64,000 nucleotides of DNA from Eubacteriales bacterium (GCA_045596925.1 JAZODH010000003.1:1100-65099); one strand, 5' to 3'; positions 8,129 to 18,307 are shown, numbered from the stretch's first letter. The notes: a model not told the origin generated them from the letters alone. Program-made: numbers and translations.

Positions 8129-9985
8129 TTATTCTTCTTTCATCACGTATGTAGGCACTACCTGCGCAACTGCTTCTTTTATTGCGTGGTTGTCCTTTGT
8201 TATAGCCTCAGCAAGAACGTCAAGTTTTGCCTGAAGCTCGTCCGGCGTGATCAGGATAGGCTGTCCCACGAAGATCTTACTGTGCGCTGTCTTTTTCAAT
8301 CCCTCCTCGTCCATGAGAAGCTCCTCATAGAGCTTTTCACCGGGACGCAGACCGCTGTATACGATATCTATATCCTCGCCCAGCTTGAGTCCCGAAAGTG
8401 AGATCATCTTCTTTGCAAGGTCTGCTATCTTTACCGGCTTGCCCATATCAAGCACGAATATCTCGCCGCCGTTGGCGTATGCCGATGCCTGGAGCACAAG
8501 CTGTGCCGCCTCGGGGATCGTCATGAAGAATCTGGTGATCTCGGGGTGCGTGACCGTAACGGGCCCGCCTTCGGAGATCTGCTTTCTGAAGATCGGAATC
8601 ACCGAGCCGTTTGAACCCAGCACGTTTCCAAATCTTACCGCTACAAAGTCGGTCTTACTGCTCTGTGCCATAGACTGCACTATCATCTCGCAAAAACGCT
8701 TTGTTGCACCCATTACGTTGGTGGGGTTGACCGCCTTGTCGGTGGAGATCAGCACGAAGCGCTCCGCTCCGTACTTGTCGGCGCATCTGGCAGTATTGAG
8801 AGTGCCGAAAACGTTATTCTTTATAGCCTCGCAGGGAGAGAACTCCATCAGAGGCACGTGCTTATGCGCCGCCGCGTGGAAGACGTACTTGGGACGATAG
8901 GTCTCAAAAATATTTTCAAGGCGTTTAACGTCGCGCACCGATGCGATAAGCACCTCGGGCTTGTTGTTTGGATAAGCCTTGTCCAGTTCCTGCTGGAGCT
9001 CGTATGTAGTGTTCTCGTAAATATCAACGATAACAAGCTTTTTCGGTGAGAATTTCATTATCTGGCGGCAGAGCTCAGAGCCGATGGAACCGCCTCCGCC
9101 CGTCACGAGCACGACCTTTCCGCCAATATCCTGCATAAGTCTGTCGTTCTCAAGACGGATAGGGTCGCGGTCAAGCAGGTCTTCGATTGCAACGTCACGG
9201 ATATTTCTTGCCAGGTCGGATTTTTCTCCGTCAATGAAACTTATTTCCATTCCGGGCAGGATCTTTACTTTGATACCCGTTTTTGAGCACTTGTCCAGGA
9301 TCTCAACTCTGTGGGCATTGGTGATGCGGTAGATAGCGAAAACTATCTCTTCAACGCCGTATTTCTTGCAGATCTTGTCAATATCGTCCGTTGTACCGAG
9401 CACCGTAGCACCGCAGATACTCGTGTGCAGCTTTGCCTTATCGTCGTCAACAAGTCCCACAACCGAATATTTTATGGCGCGATTTACTGCGATCTCTCGC
9501 AGAAGAGTTACCGCCAGCGAGCCTGCTCCAACGATAAGAACCTTTTTATCTCCTTTATGATTTTTGGGATTGTCTATCTTTACGGCAATTCGGAGAACAA
9601 ATCTCTCGGCACAGATAAATCCGCCGTACAGAGTGGCACAAAGCATATAAAACCTAAAATCGCGGCCGATAGCAAATCCTGCTTCGTTAAACAGAACGGC
9701 TCCGACGATTCCCGTTGCAAAGACCGACAGAACTACCGACATCATAAGCTTGAAATAGCTGTTTTCGTTTGCGTTTATCCAATCGGTGTTATACACTCCG
9801 CCGAACTTCATGAACGCAAAGAACACGATCAGCATGAAGATAAAGAACAGCTTGAAGCCGTTCAGCTGTTCAAAGAACATATTCGGCTCAAAATATGAAA
9901 TCACAGCAAGACAATAAGCCCCGATGCCGAGTAACACATCGAGGAAAAGAAGATATCTGTTGTGAATCATTTTTTTAGATCGCAT
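8129..9985 (-). CDS. membrane-anchored polysaccharide biosynthesis protein, CapD/PglF/WbpM-type NDP-sugar 4,6-dehydratase
   Basis: 618 aa. 4-5 N-terminal TM helices and two Rossmann motifs (LIVGAGSLAVTL, VTGGGGSIGSEL). No other glycan genes adjacent. Confidence 0.88.
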   Translation of the reverse strand: MRSKKMIHNRYLLFLDVLLGIGAYCLAVISYFEPNMFFEQLNGFKLFFIFMLIVFFAFMKFGGVYNTDWINANENSYFKLMMSVVLSVFATGIVGAVLFNEAGFAIGRDFRFYMLCATLYGGFICAERFVLRIAVKIDNPKNHKGDKKVLIVGAGSLAVTLLREIAVNRAIKYSVVGLVDDDKAKLHTSICGATVLGTTDDIDKICKKYGVEEIVFAIYRITNAHRVEILDKCSKTGIKVKILPGMEISFIDGEKSDLARNIRDVAIEDLLDRDPIRLENDRLMQDIGGKVVLVTGGGGSIGSELCRQIMKFSPKKLVIVDIYENTTYELQQELDKAYPNNKPEVLIASVRDVKRLENIFETYRPKYVFHAAAHKHVPLMEFSPCEAIKNNVFGTLNTARCADKYGAERFVLISTDKAVNPTNVMGATKRFCEMIVQSMAQSSKTDFVAVRFGNVLGSNGSVIPIFRKQISEGGPVTVTHPEITRFFMTIPEAAQLVLQASAYANGGEIFVLDMGKPVKIADLAKKMISLSGLKLGEDIDIVYSGLRPGEKLYEELLMDEEGLKKTAHSKIFVGQPILITPDELQAKLDVLAEAITKDNHAIKEAVAQVVPTYVMKEE

Positions 9986-10072
9986 AATTTACCGCCTTTG
10001 TCTGCCGCCGAGAAGCAGCCAGCTTTTTGAGGAAACGATTCTTTTTATCAAAAAAAGCCATACCTATCGGGT

Positions 10073-10101
10073 ATTATACCAAATCCAATAAATTTTTTCA
10101 A
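10073..10101 (-). promoter_or_regulatory. SigA-type promoter for the CapD-like gene
   Basis: Minus strand reads TTGAAA, 17 nt, TATAAT, with TG at the extended -10 position (TGGTATAAT). Confidence 0.6.
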
Positions 10102-10140
10102 GTGTTTTTGTCAAAATTGGCAAAAAAGATTTCAGAACAC

Positions 10141-10172
10141 AAAAAACGCTCTGCCAAAACAGAGCGTTTTTT
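10141..10172 (-). terminator. intrinsic terminator after proC (end of the 7-gene operon)
   Basis: aaaacgctctg, ccaaaa, cagagcgtttt, flanked by A- and T-runs. Confidence 0.75.
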
Positions 10173-10178
10173 GATATT

Positions 10179-10988
10179 TTATCTCTTGCCCAGTTCCTTT
10201 GTACGCTCAAAGGAATTTACCACCGCCGTCTCCACCGACGCGCGGAAGGCAAAGTTTTCAAGAGTTGAAACCCCCTCGATGGTGCTTCCCGCAGGTGAGC
10301 AGACCGCGTCCTTCAATTCCTCAGTATGCTTACCCGTTTTGAGGACCATCTCGGCAGCGCCGATCACGGTCTGGGCCGCATATTTGAGTGCCTTGTCGCG
10401 CGGCAGTCCGCATTTGACGCCGCCGTCAGCCATAGCGCCGATGAACATATAAACGAAAGCAGGTCCGCAGCCCGAGACGGCGCTTCCCGCGTCGATAAGA
10501 GCTTCGGGAAGCTTATCGATCGATCCTGCGCCCGACATGGCGTCAACAAATTTCGCTTCGTTCTCCTGGGACACAAGAGCGTTGGTGCAGTAAAGGATCA
10601 TTCCCTTTCCCACCGATGCGGGGGTGTTGGGCATGATGCGGATAACGGGTACATCTGCTCCTGCCATCTCGGCGATAGTTTCCAGGGTGAGTCCTGCCGC
10701 CATGGTGACGAGAACGAATTTATCCTGTCTTTTCTTTAGAATATCGGAAATTTCGCTCAGCATATCTGCCATCATCTGAGGCTTTACTCCGAGGAAGATA
10801 TATTTGCACTCTGCGGCAACTGTGGCAATATCGCTGGCAGACGCGCCGAGCTTTTCAGCCACCGACTGTGCTCTCGCCGCATCTTTATCGCAGAGCAGTA
10901 CGGCATTGCCGCCGCACTTGCCCGCAACCGCAGTCGCCAGCGCCGATCCCATATTTCCCGTTCCTATAAAACCGAAATTATATTTCAT
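10179..10988 (-). CDS. proC: pyrroline-5-carboxylate reductase
   Basis: 269 aa. N-terminal FGFIGTGNMGSAL Rossmann motif and a ProC-type C-terminal domain. GAAAGGAA RBS. Confidence 0.93.
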   Translation of the reverse strand: MKYNFGFIGTGNMGSALATAVAGKCGGNAVLLCDKDAARAQSVAEKLGASASDIATVAAECKYIFLGVKPQMMADMLSEISDILKKRQDKFVLVTMAAGLTLETIAEMAGADVPVIRIMPNTPASVGKGMILYCTNALVSQENEAKFVDAMSGAGSIDKLPEALIDAGSAVSGCGPAFVYMFIGAMADGGVKCGLPRDKALKYAAQTVIGAAEMVLKTGKHTEELKDAVCSPAGSTIEGVSTLENFAFRASVETAVVNSFERTKELGKR

Positions 10989-11006
10989 TTTTATTCCTTT
11001 CTCATA

Positions 11007-12263
11007 TCACCGCACGTTTCCGTTGCCCGTGATCACGTATTTATAGGTGGTCAGCTCCTCCAGACCCATAGGTCCTCTTGCGTGGAGCTTCTGAGTTGAA
11101 ATTCCCATTTCACAGCCCAGACCGAACTCGCCTCCGTCGGTGAAACGCGTCGACGCATTAACGTAGACCGCCGCGCTGTCAACAGAGAGAGTAAACTTCT
11201 CGGCAGTAGCGGTATTTTCGGTAACTATCGCGTCGCTGTGACCCGTGGAATGCAGGCCGATATGAGCGATCGCTTCATCTACGTCCGAAACCACCTTGAC
11301 TGCAAGGATATAATCGAGAAATTCGGTGTCAAAATCATTTTCACCCGCAGGAGTTCCGTTGATGATCTTTGCCGCTTTTTCGCACAGACGAAGCTCAACG
11401 GGCTGTTTTCCTGCCGCCGCTCTGTCATCGGTGAGAAGTTTTTTCAGCTTGGGCAGGAACTCGTCGGCAATTTTCTCGGACACAAGACAGACCTCCTCGG
11501 CGTTGCAAACCGAAGGACGGCTCGTCTTTGCGTTTTCGATAATCTTAAGTGCCTTTTCCTGATCCGCTTCACCGTCAACGTACACGTGGCATATTCCCGT
11601 TCCCGTCTGGATACAGGGAACGATAGCGTTCTGCACGCAGGCGTTGATAAGTCCTGCGCCGCCGCGAGGAATAAGCAGGTCGATAAGACCGACCGCGCGC
11701 ATCATTTCATTTGCGCTTTCCCTGGTGGTGTCCTCGATCAAGTTTATGGCATTTTCATTTACGCCGACGACCGTCAAGCCCTCTCGCAGAGCTTTCACTA
11801 TCGCCGCCGAGGAAGCATAAGCCTCCTTGCCACCGCGCAGAACGCAAACGTTACCGCTTTTCAGCGCCAATGCCGCCGCATCCGAGGTCACGTTGGGACG
11901 GCTTTCGTAAATAATACCGACCACGCCCATGGGAACGGAGACCCGCTTTATCATCAATCCGCCGAGGCGTTCGTTTTCGCGTAAAACGCGACCTACGGGG
12001 TCGGGCAAGCGCACAAGAGCGCGGATACCTTCTGCCATGTCAGAAATTCGCTTTTCCGTCAGGGTCAGGCGGTCTATCATAACGTCCGATATCTTCCCTT
12101 TTGCTCGCTCGATATCCCCCCGATTTGCTTCGAGGATTTGGGCTGTCGCACCTTCAAGGGCTGACGCCATTGCCAGAAGCGCTTCATTCTTCTTTTCGGG
12201 GGAAAGCGCACCTATCTCACCTCGGGCTGATTTTGCGCGGACAAGGATTTCATGGGTGGTCAT
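11007..12263 (-). CDS. proA: gamma-glutamyl phosphate reductase
   Basis: ALDH-type fold with ESRPNVT and [11 protein letters not shown]. Start refined to the ATG at 12263 (MTTHEIL), 7 nt after the proB stop, with an AAAGGA RBS. Confidence 0.93.
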   Translation of the reverse strand: MTTHEILVRAKSARGEIGALSPEKKNEALLAMASALEGATAQILEANRGDIERAKGKISDVMIDRLTLTEKRISDMAEGIRALVRLPDPVGRVLRENERLGGLMIKRVSVPMGVVGIIYESRPNVTSDAAALALKSGNVCVLRGGKEAYASSAAIVKALREGLTVVGVNENAINLIEDTTRESANEMMRAVGLIDLLIPRGGAGLINACVQNAIVPCIQTGTGICHVYVDGEADQEKALKIIENAKTSRPSVCNAEEVCLVSEKIADEFLPKLKKLLTDDRAAAGKQPVELRLCEKAAKIINGTPAGENDFDTEFLDYILAVKVVSDVDEAIAHIGLHSTGHSDAIVTENTATAEKFTLSVDSAAVYVNASTRFTDGGEFGLGCEMGISTQKLHARGPMGLEELTTYKYVITGNGNVR

Positions 12264-12270
12264 TTTCTGC

Positions 12271-13044
12271 TTATCCTTTCTTTTTTGCAAAAAATCTTGT
12301 GCCGACGGGTGTTCCGTCGGTAATCGAATAGAGGATATCGGGGTCGTCGCCGTTTGCGATTACCATATCACAGCCCGCCTCGGTACAGGTCTTTGCAGCG
12401 CCGAGCTTTGTTATCATTCCGCCCGTGCCAAGCTCACTTCCCTTTCCTGCGGCCAGGTTCATGATCTTGTCATCTATCTCATACACACAAGGGATAAGCT
12501 TAGCATTCTTATCCTTATGAGGATCGGCGGTGTATAGACCGTCAATATCCGAAAGAAGAACGAGCAGATCGGCCTTTGCGCTGACAGCAACGATAGCGCT
12601 GAGGTTATCGTTGTCTCCGATGCCAAACTCGGCAGTAGAAACCGTGTCGTTCTCGTTTATAACGGGAAGCGCGCCAAGCTCAAGCAAACGATTAAGAGTG
12701 TTTATAAAGTGGATGTTTCTCTCCTCGTTTTGCACGTCGTCGGCGGTCAGAAGTATCTGCGCCACGTTGTGGTTATACTCGGAAAAGAGCTTGTCGTATG
12801 TATACATCAGCTCGCACTGACCAACGGCTGCCGCCGCCTGCTTTGTGGGGATATCGGCAGGTCTTCCGGGAAGATTCAACTTGCCCACGCCCATACCGAT
12901 AGCGCCCGAGGACACCAAAATAACCTGATGTCCCGCGTTTTTTATGTCGGACAGCACCTTACACAGCTTTTCAACTCGGCGGATATTGAGATGTCCGCCG
13001 TTGTGGGCCAGAGTAGACGTTCCGACCTTTACTACAATTTTCAT
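12271..13044 (-). CDS. proB: glutamate 5-kinase (short form, no PUA domain)
   Basis: 257 aa. VVKVGTSTL and [11 protein letters not shown] amino-acid-kinase motifs. The length leaves no room for a C-terminal PUA domain. Confidence 0.93.
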   Translation of the reverse strand: MKIVVKVGTSTLAHNGGHLNIRRVEKLCKVLSDIKNAGHQVILVSSGAIGMGVGKLNLPGRPADIPTKQAAAAVGQCELMYTYDKLFSEYNHNVAQILLTADDVQNEERNIHFINTLNRLLELGALPVINENDTVSTAEFGIGDNDNLSAIVAVSAKADLLVLLSDIDGLYTADPHKDKNAKLIPCVYEIDDKIMNLAAGKGSELGTGGMITKLGAAKTCTEAGCDMVIANGDDPDILYSITDGTPVGTRFFAKKKG

Positions 13045-13055
13045 ATCTTACCCTT

Positions 13056-14213
13056 TCAGAGCTTTGCAAGCGTCTCCATTACGTAATCGCCGAATTCGTG
13101 ACAGGTCGCGCCGTCACGGTTGCCCGTTACGACCACCTTTTTCTCGGTGTCACAGCAGATCTCCATTGTCTTTGCCAGCTTGTACGCAATATCCGCCTTT
13201 GCAATATGGCGAAGAAGCATCTCAACAGCGCGGAAGATGCTTGAGGGGTTAGCGTATTCGGCAATTCCCTCCTCGATCATACGAGGAGCCGAGCCGTGGA
13301 TAGCCTCAAACATAGCGTACTTGTCGCCGATGTTTGCACTTCCCGCAGTACCGACTCCGCCCTGTATCTGCGCCGCCTCGTCGGTGATGATATCACCGTA
13401 AAGGTTAGGCAGAACGAACACCTGGAAGCGGCTTCTGATGTCCTCGTTCACAAGATTTGCGGACATGATGTCGATATACCAATCCTCAGCCGTGATCTCG
13501 GGATAGTCGGCTGCAACCTGATGGCAAAGCTCGGAGAACTTGCCGTCGGTCTTCTTCATTATGTTAGCCTTTGTTACGATAGAAACGTTTGTCTTGCCGT
13601 TGTTCTTTGCGTACTCAAAGGCGGCACGCGCTATGCGCTTTGTGCCCTGCTCGGTGGTCACCTTGAAGTCCATCGCCAGCTTTTCGGGAATTTCCACGCC
13701 GCGGCTTCCGAGAACATATTCTCCCTCGGTATTTTCGCGGTAGAAGGTCCAGTCGATTCCCTTTTCGGGAATGGAAACGGGGCGCACGTTGGCATAGAGG
13801 TCAAGCTCACGGCGAAGAGTTACGTTCGCACTCTCCATAGTACCGCCCTTGGGGGTGGTCGTGGGACCCTTTAAGAACACGTCACATTCCTTTATCTGCG
13901 CAAGCACGTCCTCGGGGACGGACTGACCAAGCGCCAGTCTTCTTTCGATGGTAAGGCCCGAAATTTCAACGATCTCGATCTTGCCTGTCTTGATCTCATC
14001 GGCTAAGAGGAACTGCATAAGTCTGCTTGCCTCGGAAACGATGATCGGACCGATTCCGTCGCCGCCGATAACGCCGATCTTGATCTTTTCAAGCTTTGTA
14101 AAATCCTTCGCCGTCGCGCCCTCCTCCATTTTCAGCTCTCTTTCAAGTTGCTGAGTGATGAGAGCCTTAAACTGCTCAACGGCGGTATCTATGTAGCTTT
14201 GGTAGTTTGTCAT
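13056..14213 (-). CDS. icd: isocitrate dehydrogenase (isocitrate/isopropylmalate dehydrogenase family)
   Basis: IGVIGGDGIGPI and NLYGDIITDEAAQ family motifs. Start refined to the ATG at 14213 (MTNYQS), forming an ATGA overlap with the aconitase stop. Substrate is inferred from the citrate synthase/aconitase context. Confidence 0.85.
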   Translation of the reverse strand: MTNYQSYIDTAVEQFKALITQQLERELKMEEGATAKDFTKLEKIKIGVIGGDGIGPIIVSEASRLMQFLLADEIKTGKIEIVEISGLTIERRLALGQSVPEDVLAQIKECDVFLKGPTTTPKGGTMESANVTLRRELDLYANVRPVSIPEKGIDWTFYRENTEGEYVLGSRGVEIPEKLAMDFKVTTEQGTKRIARAAFEYAKNNGKTNVSIVTKANIMKKTDGKFSELCHQVAADYPEITAEDWYIDIMSANLVNEDIRSRFQVFVLPNLYGDIITDEAAQIQGGVGTAGSANIGDKYAMFEAIHGSAPRMIEEGIAEYANPSSIFRAVEMLLRHIAKADIAYKLAKTMEICCDTEKKVVVTGNRDGATCHEFGDYVMETLAKL

Positions 14214-16141
14214 ATATTCTGCTCCTTCGTGTAAGCAAGAAGGCTTCCTGCCTTCAAAATGGCTTTCTGTCTGTCTGTGAAATTGCATTCAAGGGTAAAC
14301 TTTTCACCCGTGGTCTCGTCTGTCATGACGATCTCGCCGCTGTCCATTCCTGCGTAAACTCCCGTCAAAGTGAGCTTGTCTCCCTGTGAGATCTTATCGT
14401 AGTCGTCGGCGTTCTTGAATGTAAGGGGCATGATACCTGCGTTTATCAAGTTTGCCGCATGGATACGGGCAAAGCTCTTTGCGATGACCGCGCGAACGCC
14501 AAGATACAGAGGAACCAGCGCCGCGTGCTCGCGTGAAGACCCCTGACCGTAGTTTGCGCCGCCCACAACGATGCTCTCACCTGCCGCCTTTGCTCTCTCG
14601 GGGAACGTGGGGTCACAAACACCGAAGCAGTACTGGGAAAGGTGAGGAATATTTGAACGGTAGGGCAAAATTTTTGCGCCTGCGGGCATAATGTGGTCGG
14701 TGGTGATATTGTCGCCCACTTTAAGCACAAGCTCGGCAGAAAGAGTATCAAGCTGAGGCTTTGAGTCGGGGAACTTCTTGATATTGGGACCGCGGAGGAT
14801 CTCGAGGTTCTTTGCTTCCTCGGGTGAAGCGGGAGTGATGACCGCGCTGTCGTCGATCTTGAATGCGTCGGGCATTACGATGTCAGGCGCCTTGCCCAGG
14901 AGCATGGGGTCTGTGATCTCACCCGTCAGCGCCGCCGCAACAGCCGTTTCGGGGGAAACAAGGTAGACCTTACCGTCGGCAGTACCGCTTCTGCCCTCGA
15001 AGTTACGGTTGAAAGTACGGAGGCTCACACCGCCGGAATTGGGAGAGAAGCCCATGCCGATACAAGGTCCGCAGGCACATTCAAGCACACGCGCACCGCT
15101 GGCAAGGATATCGCCAAGCGCCCCGCAGTCGGCAAGCATGGAAAGGACCTGCTTCGATCCGGGAGACACGGACATACTTACGCTGTCCTTGATAGTTTTG
15201 CCTTTCAACAGAGCCGCGACCTTAAGCATATCCATAAGAGAAGAATTAGTGCAGGAGCCTACGCAGACCTGGTCGACCTTCGTGCCCTTGAGGCTGGAAA
15301 CCTTAACCACGTTATCGGGCATATGGGGACAAGCAATAAGAGGCTCAAGCTCGCTCAGATTTATGTGGATGATACGGTCGTAAACTGCGTCCGCGTCGCT
15401 TTCAAGGGGTGTATAATCCTCTCCTCTGCCCTCGGCTTCAAGGAATGCCTTTGTGACCTCATCGGAGGGGAAGATAGAAGTGGTTGCGCCAAGCTCTGTA
15501 CCCATGTTGGTAATGGTGGCTCTCTCCGGAACGGTCAGGGTCTTTACGCCCTCGCCGCCCCACTCGATGATAGCGCCCACACCACCCTTTACGGACAGGA
15601 TTCTGAGAATCTCAAGGCTCACGTCCTTGGCGGTTACGAAATCGCGGAGCTTTCCGGTCAGATTGACCTTGAATATTTTGGGCATGGTGATATAGTAAGC
15701 ACCGCCGCCCATAGCAACTGCTACGTCAAGTCCGCCCGCACCGAATGCAAGCATACCGATACCGCCGCCCGTGGGAGTATGGCTGTCCGAACCGATAAGG
15801 GTCTTTCCGGGCTTGCCGAATCTTTCAAGATGCACCTGGTGGCAGATGCCGTTACCGGGACGGGAGAAATAAATGCCGTATTTCTTTGCAATAGACTGAA
15901 TGAAACGGTGGTCATCGGCGTTTTCAAAGCCCGACTGCAGAGTATTGTGGTCGATATACGCCACGCTCTTTTCGGTGCGCACGCGGTCGATACCCATGGT
16001 CTCAAATTCAAGGTACGCCATTGTACCCGTTGCGTCCTGTGTCAGCGTCTGGTCTATTTTAAGGGAAATTTCACTTCCCACCGTCATCTCGCCCGAAACG
16101 AGATGGGATTTGATTATTTTTTGTGCTATCGTAAGTCCCAT
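14210..16141 (-). CDS. aconitate hydratase (single-chain, 643 aa)
   Basis: Fe-S ligand motifs IGSDSHTPTGGG, VGSCTNSS and ACGPCIGMG, with a swivel domain fused at the C-terminus. Confidence 0.9.
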   Translation of the reverse strand: MGLTIAQKIIKSHLVSGEMTVGSEISLKIDQTLTQDATGTMAYLEFETMGIDRVRTEKSVAYIDHNTLQSGFENADDHRFIQSIAKKYGIYFSRPGNGICHQVHLERFGKPGKTLIGSDSHTPTGGGIGMLAFGAGGLDVAVAMGGGAYYITMPKIFKVNLTGKLRDFVTAKDVSLEILRILSVKGGVGAIIEWGGEGVKTLTVPERATITNMGTELGATTSIFPSDEVTKAFLEAEGRGEDYTPLESDADAVYDRIIHINLSELEPLIACPHMPDNVVKVSSLKGTKVDQVCVGSCTNSSLMDMLKVAALLKGKTIKDSVSMSVSPGSKQVLSMLADCGALGDILASGARVLECACGPCIGMGFSPNSGGVSLRTFNRNFEGRSGTADGKVYLVSPETAVAAALTGEITDPMLLGKAPDIVMPDAFKIDDSAVITPASPEEAKNLEILRGPNIKKFPDSKPQLDTLSAELVLKVGDNITTDHIMPAGAKILPYRSNIPHLSQYCFGVCDPTFPERAKAAGESIVVGGANYGQGSSREHAALVPLYLGVRAVIAKSFARIHAANLINAGIMPLTFKNADDYDKISQGDKLTLTGVYAGMDSGEIVMTDETTGEKFTLECNFTDRQKAILKAGSLLAYTKEQNI

Positions 16142-16785
16142 TATTTTGTGCTCCTGTTAAGTATATGTGTCTTTGCGTTTTGTACGTGCTTTGTGGTCAC
16201 CTGCTCTGCCTGCAACGGGTCGTGAGCGGCGATGGCCTCGTAGATCTCTCTGTGCTCCTGCACCGAGCTGAGAGCACGGCTCTCGTTTTCCACCGACGCC
16301 TTGCGGTATTTTCTCGCCTTGTTGTGAAGCGGCATCAGGGTGTCGTAGATTATGTTGCTTCCCGAGAAGCGGTAAACAAGATAATGGAAGGTGTTGTCAA
16401 GCGCCTTGATGTGCTCCGCGTCCTTTTTGGACACGTAATATTCCTGCAATTCAAGGGCTTCCCTCAACTCCTTCAGCTCATCGTCGGTAATGCGCTGAGC
16501 CGCTCTTGCCGCGGCAATTCCCTCGATCTTGAGGCGCAGGTCCATTATATCCACCAAGTCATCCTGTGTAATTCCGAGAACAAGTATGCCTTTCGTGGTT
16601 GTTTCAACCAAGTGCTCCTGTTCCAGACGTCGGATCGCCTCGCGCACGGGGGTTCGGCTAACCTTCAGGTCGGACACAAGCATATTTTCGCTGAAGATCT
16701 CTCCTCTTTTATATTTTCCGCAGAGTATATCGTTTTCAAGTCTTTCAAAGACCTGCTCTGCCAAAGATATCGTCTTATGTTCCAT
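16141..16785 (-). CDS. GntR-family transcriptional regulator (FadR/FCD subfamily)
   Basis: 214 aa. Winged HTH VSRTPVREAIRRLEQE and an all-helical FCD-like C-terminal domain. TAATG overlap with the aconitase start. Confidence 0.9.
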   Translation of the reverse strand: MEHKTISLAEQVFERLENDILCGKYKRGEIFSENMLVSDLKVSRTPVREAIRRLEQEHLVETTTKGILVLGITQDDLVDIMDLRLKIEGIAAARAAQRITDDELKELREALELQEYYVSKKDAEHIKALDNTFHYLVYRFSGSNIIYDTLMPLHNKARKYRKASVENESRALSSVQEHREIYEAIAAHDPLQAEQVTTKHVQNAKTHILNRSTK

Positions 16786-16796
16786 TTTTTTCTCCT

Positions 16797-18173
16797 TTAC
16801 AGTCTTCTGTATTTGCCGCCCGAGATCTGCTCGATAGCCGCCTCGATCTCAGTAGCGGAAAGTGCCGTCTGACGGCCGTCCGCGTACTCGCGGTCGATCC
16901 ATGCCTTGACGTCCACCACCACAGGATCACGCTTGTCAAGTGCGTCATCGCCGCGCAGGCCGTAGTTATTGTTCATCCAGTATGCGATACCCGCAAGACC
17001 CGAATTCTGACCGAGCATTACGGTGGCGGGACGGTTGAGAAGCGTCTCGGTGTCGAAGATATTGTAGATCTCCTCATCCTTCATAAGACCGTCCGCGTGG
17101 ATTCCCGCGCGGGTCACGTTGAAGTTTCTTCCAACAAATGGAGTTTGAACAGGAATGTCGTAGCCCATCTCGTGCTTGAAGTAATCTGCGATCTCGGTGA
17201 TCATCGTTGTGTCCATTCCGTCAAGAGAGCCACGCAAGGAAGCATATTCCATAATCATGGCCTCGAGAGGAATGTTACCCGTCCTCTCGCCTATACCCAG
17301 CAGCGAGCAGTTTACGCCGCAGGCACCGTAGAGCCAAGCGGTGGTAGCGTTCGCCACCGCCTTGTAGAAGTCGTTGTGACCGTGCCATTCAAGCATTTCG
17401 CTTGGCACGTCCGAATAGTGCTGGAGACCGTAGATGATACCCGGCACGCTTCGGGGCAATGCGACCTCGGAGAAAGGAACGCCGTAACCCATGGTGTCGC
17501 AGGCGCGGATCTTTACGGGGATCCCCGCATCCTCGGACATCTTCATCAGCTCGTTTACAAAAGGAACGACAAAGCCGTAGAAATCGGCTCTGGTAATGTC
17601 CTCCAGGTGGCAACGGGGCATAACACCAGCCTCAAAGGCTTCCGCCACGGCCGCCAGATATTTCTTCATGCACTCGGAGCGGGAAAGCTTCATCTTTTTA
17701 AATATATGGTAGTCACTGCAGGAGACCAGAATACCCGTCTCGCGGATACCCAGGTCACGAACGAGTTTGAAGTCTTCCTTGCTTGCTCTGATCCAGGTAG
17801 TGATTTCGGGGAATTTCAATCCCAGATCCTGGCATTCGGCTATCGCCTTTCTGTCCTTTTCGCTGTAAACGAAAAATTCGGTCTGGCGAATGATTCCGTA
17901 AGGTCCGCCCAGCTTTGACATCATCTTGAAGAGGTCAACTATCTGCTTCACGGTATAAGGCTCTACCGACTGCTGACCGTCACGGAAGGATGTATCTGTG
18001 ATCCAGATATCCTGAGGCATGCCCATAGGCACGCGGCGGTGGTTGAACGCCACTTTAGGCACCTCATGGTAGCTGTATATTGCGCGATAAAGCTCAGGCT
18101 CAGCTACGTCCTGCAGGGAATATTTGTATGTCTTTTGTTCCAGTAGATTTGTCTTATTGGATATTTCCAGCAT
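16797..18173 (-). CDS. HMGL-like isopropylmalate/homocitrate synthase-family enzyme, candidate Re-citrate synthase
   Basis: 458 aa. DTSFRDGQQS and HGHNDFYKA motifs and no LeuA regulatory domain. It is the first gene of an operon with aconitase and ICDH, as described for the clostridial Re-citrate synthase. Confidence 0.8.
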   Translation of the reverse strand: MLEISNKTNLLEQKTYKYSLQDVAEPELYRAIYSYHEVPKVAFNHRRVPMGMPQDIWITDTSFRDGQQSVEPYTVKQIVDLFKMMSKLGGPYGIIRQTEFFVYSEKDRKAIAECQDLGLKFPEITTWIRASKEDFKLVRDLGIRETGILVSCSDYHIFKKMKLSRSECMKKYLAAVAEAFEAGVMPRCHLEDITRADFYGFVVPFVNELMKMSEDAGIPVKIRACDTMGYGVPFSEVALPRSVPGIIYGLQHYSDVPSEMLEWHGHNDFYKAVANATTAWLYGACGVNCSLLGIGERTGNIPLEAMIMEYASLRGSLDGMDTTMITEIADYFKHEMGYDIPVQTPFVGRNFNVTRAGIHADGLMKDEEIYNIFDTETLLNRPATVMLGQNSGLAGIAYWMNNNYGLRGDDALDKRDPVVVDVKAWIDREYADGRQTALSATEIEAAIEQISGGKYRRL

Positions 18174-18209
18174 ATTCTTGTTTCTCCTTTATTTTGCTGA
18201 AGCAATTTA

Positions 18210-18255
18210 TGTATACAATTATACAAGCATTCATGTCTTTTGTCAATAGTGTACA
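18210..18255 (-). promoter_or_regulatory. candidate operator palindromes flanking that promoter
   Basis: Perfect 8-bp palindrome TGTATACA at 18210-18217 (abutting the -10, over the predicted +1) and 6-bp palindrome TGTACA at 18250-18255 (3 nt upstream of the -35). A GntR regulator is encoded in the operon. Confidence 0.4.
18218..18246 (-). promoter_or_regulatory. SigA-type promoter of the citrate synthase-to-proC operon
   Basis: Minus strand reads TTGACA, 17 nt (aaagacatgaatgcttg), TATAAT, about 45 nt upstream of the ATG at 18173. Confidence 0.65.
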
Positions 18256-18307
18256 AAAATTATTTATTAACTTTTTGTTAATTCGTATCGGGATTTGTCA
18301 TAAAAAT

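Noticed and set aside
7781-8401. 206-aa Phe/Leu-rich ORF across the AT-rich 7934-8128 block. The block was also considered as foreign or mobile-element remnant DNA.
   Set aside because: The region is fully explained by the rsmE promoter with its upstream T/A tracts and the CapD-gene terminator. The ORF is a translation of T-runs and overlaps the capD 3' end. There are no inverted terminal repeats or transposase fragments.
16797-18173. HMGL-family synthase, considered as LeuA (leucine) or NifV/homocitrate synthase.
   Set aside because: It has no LeuA C-terminal regulatory domain, no leuBCD or nif genes nearby, and its partners are a single-chain aconitase and an ICDH-type dehydrogenase. The Re-citrate synthase reading fits better but remains context-based.
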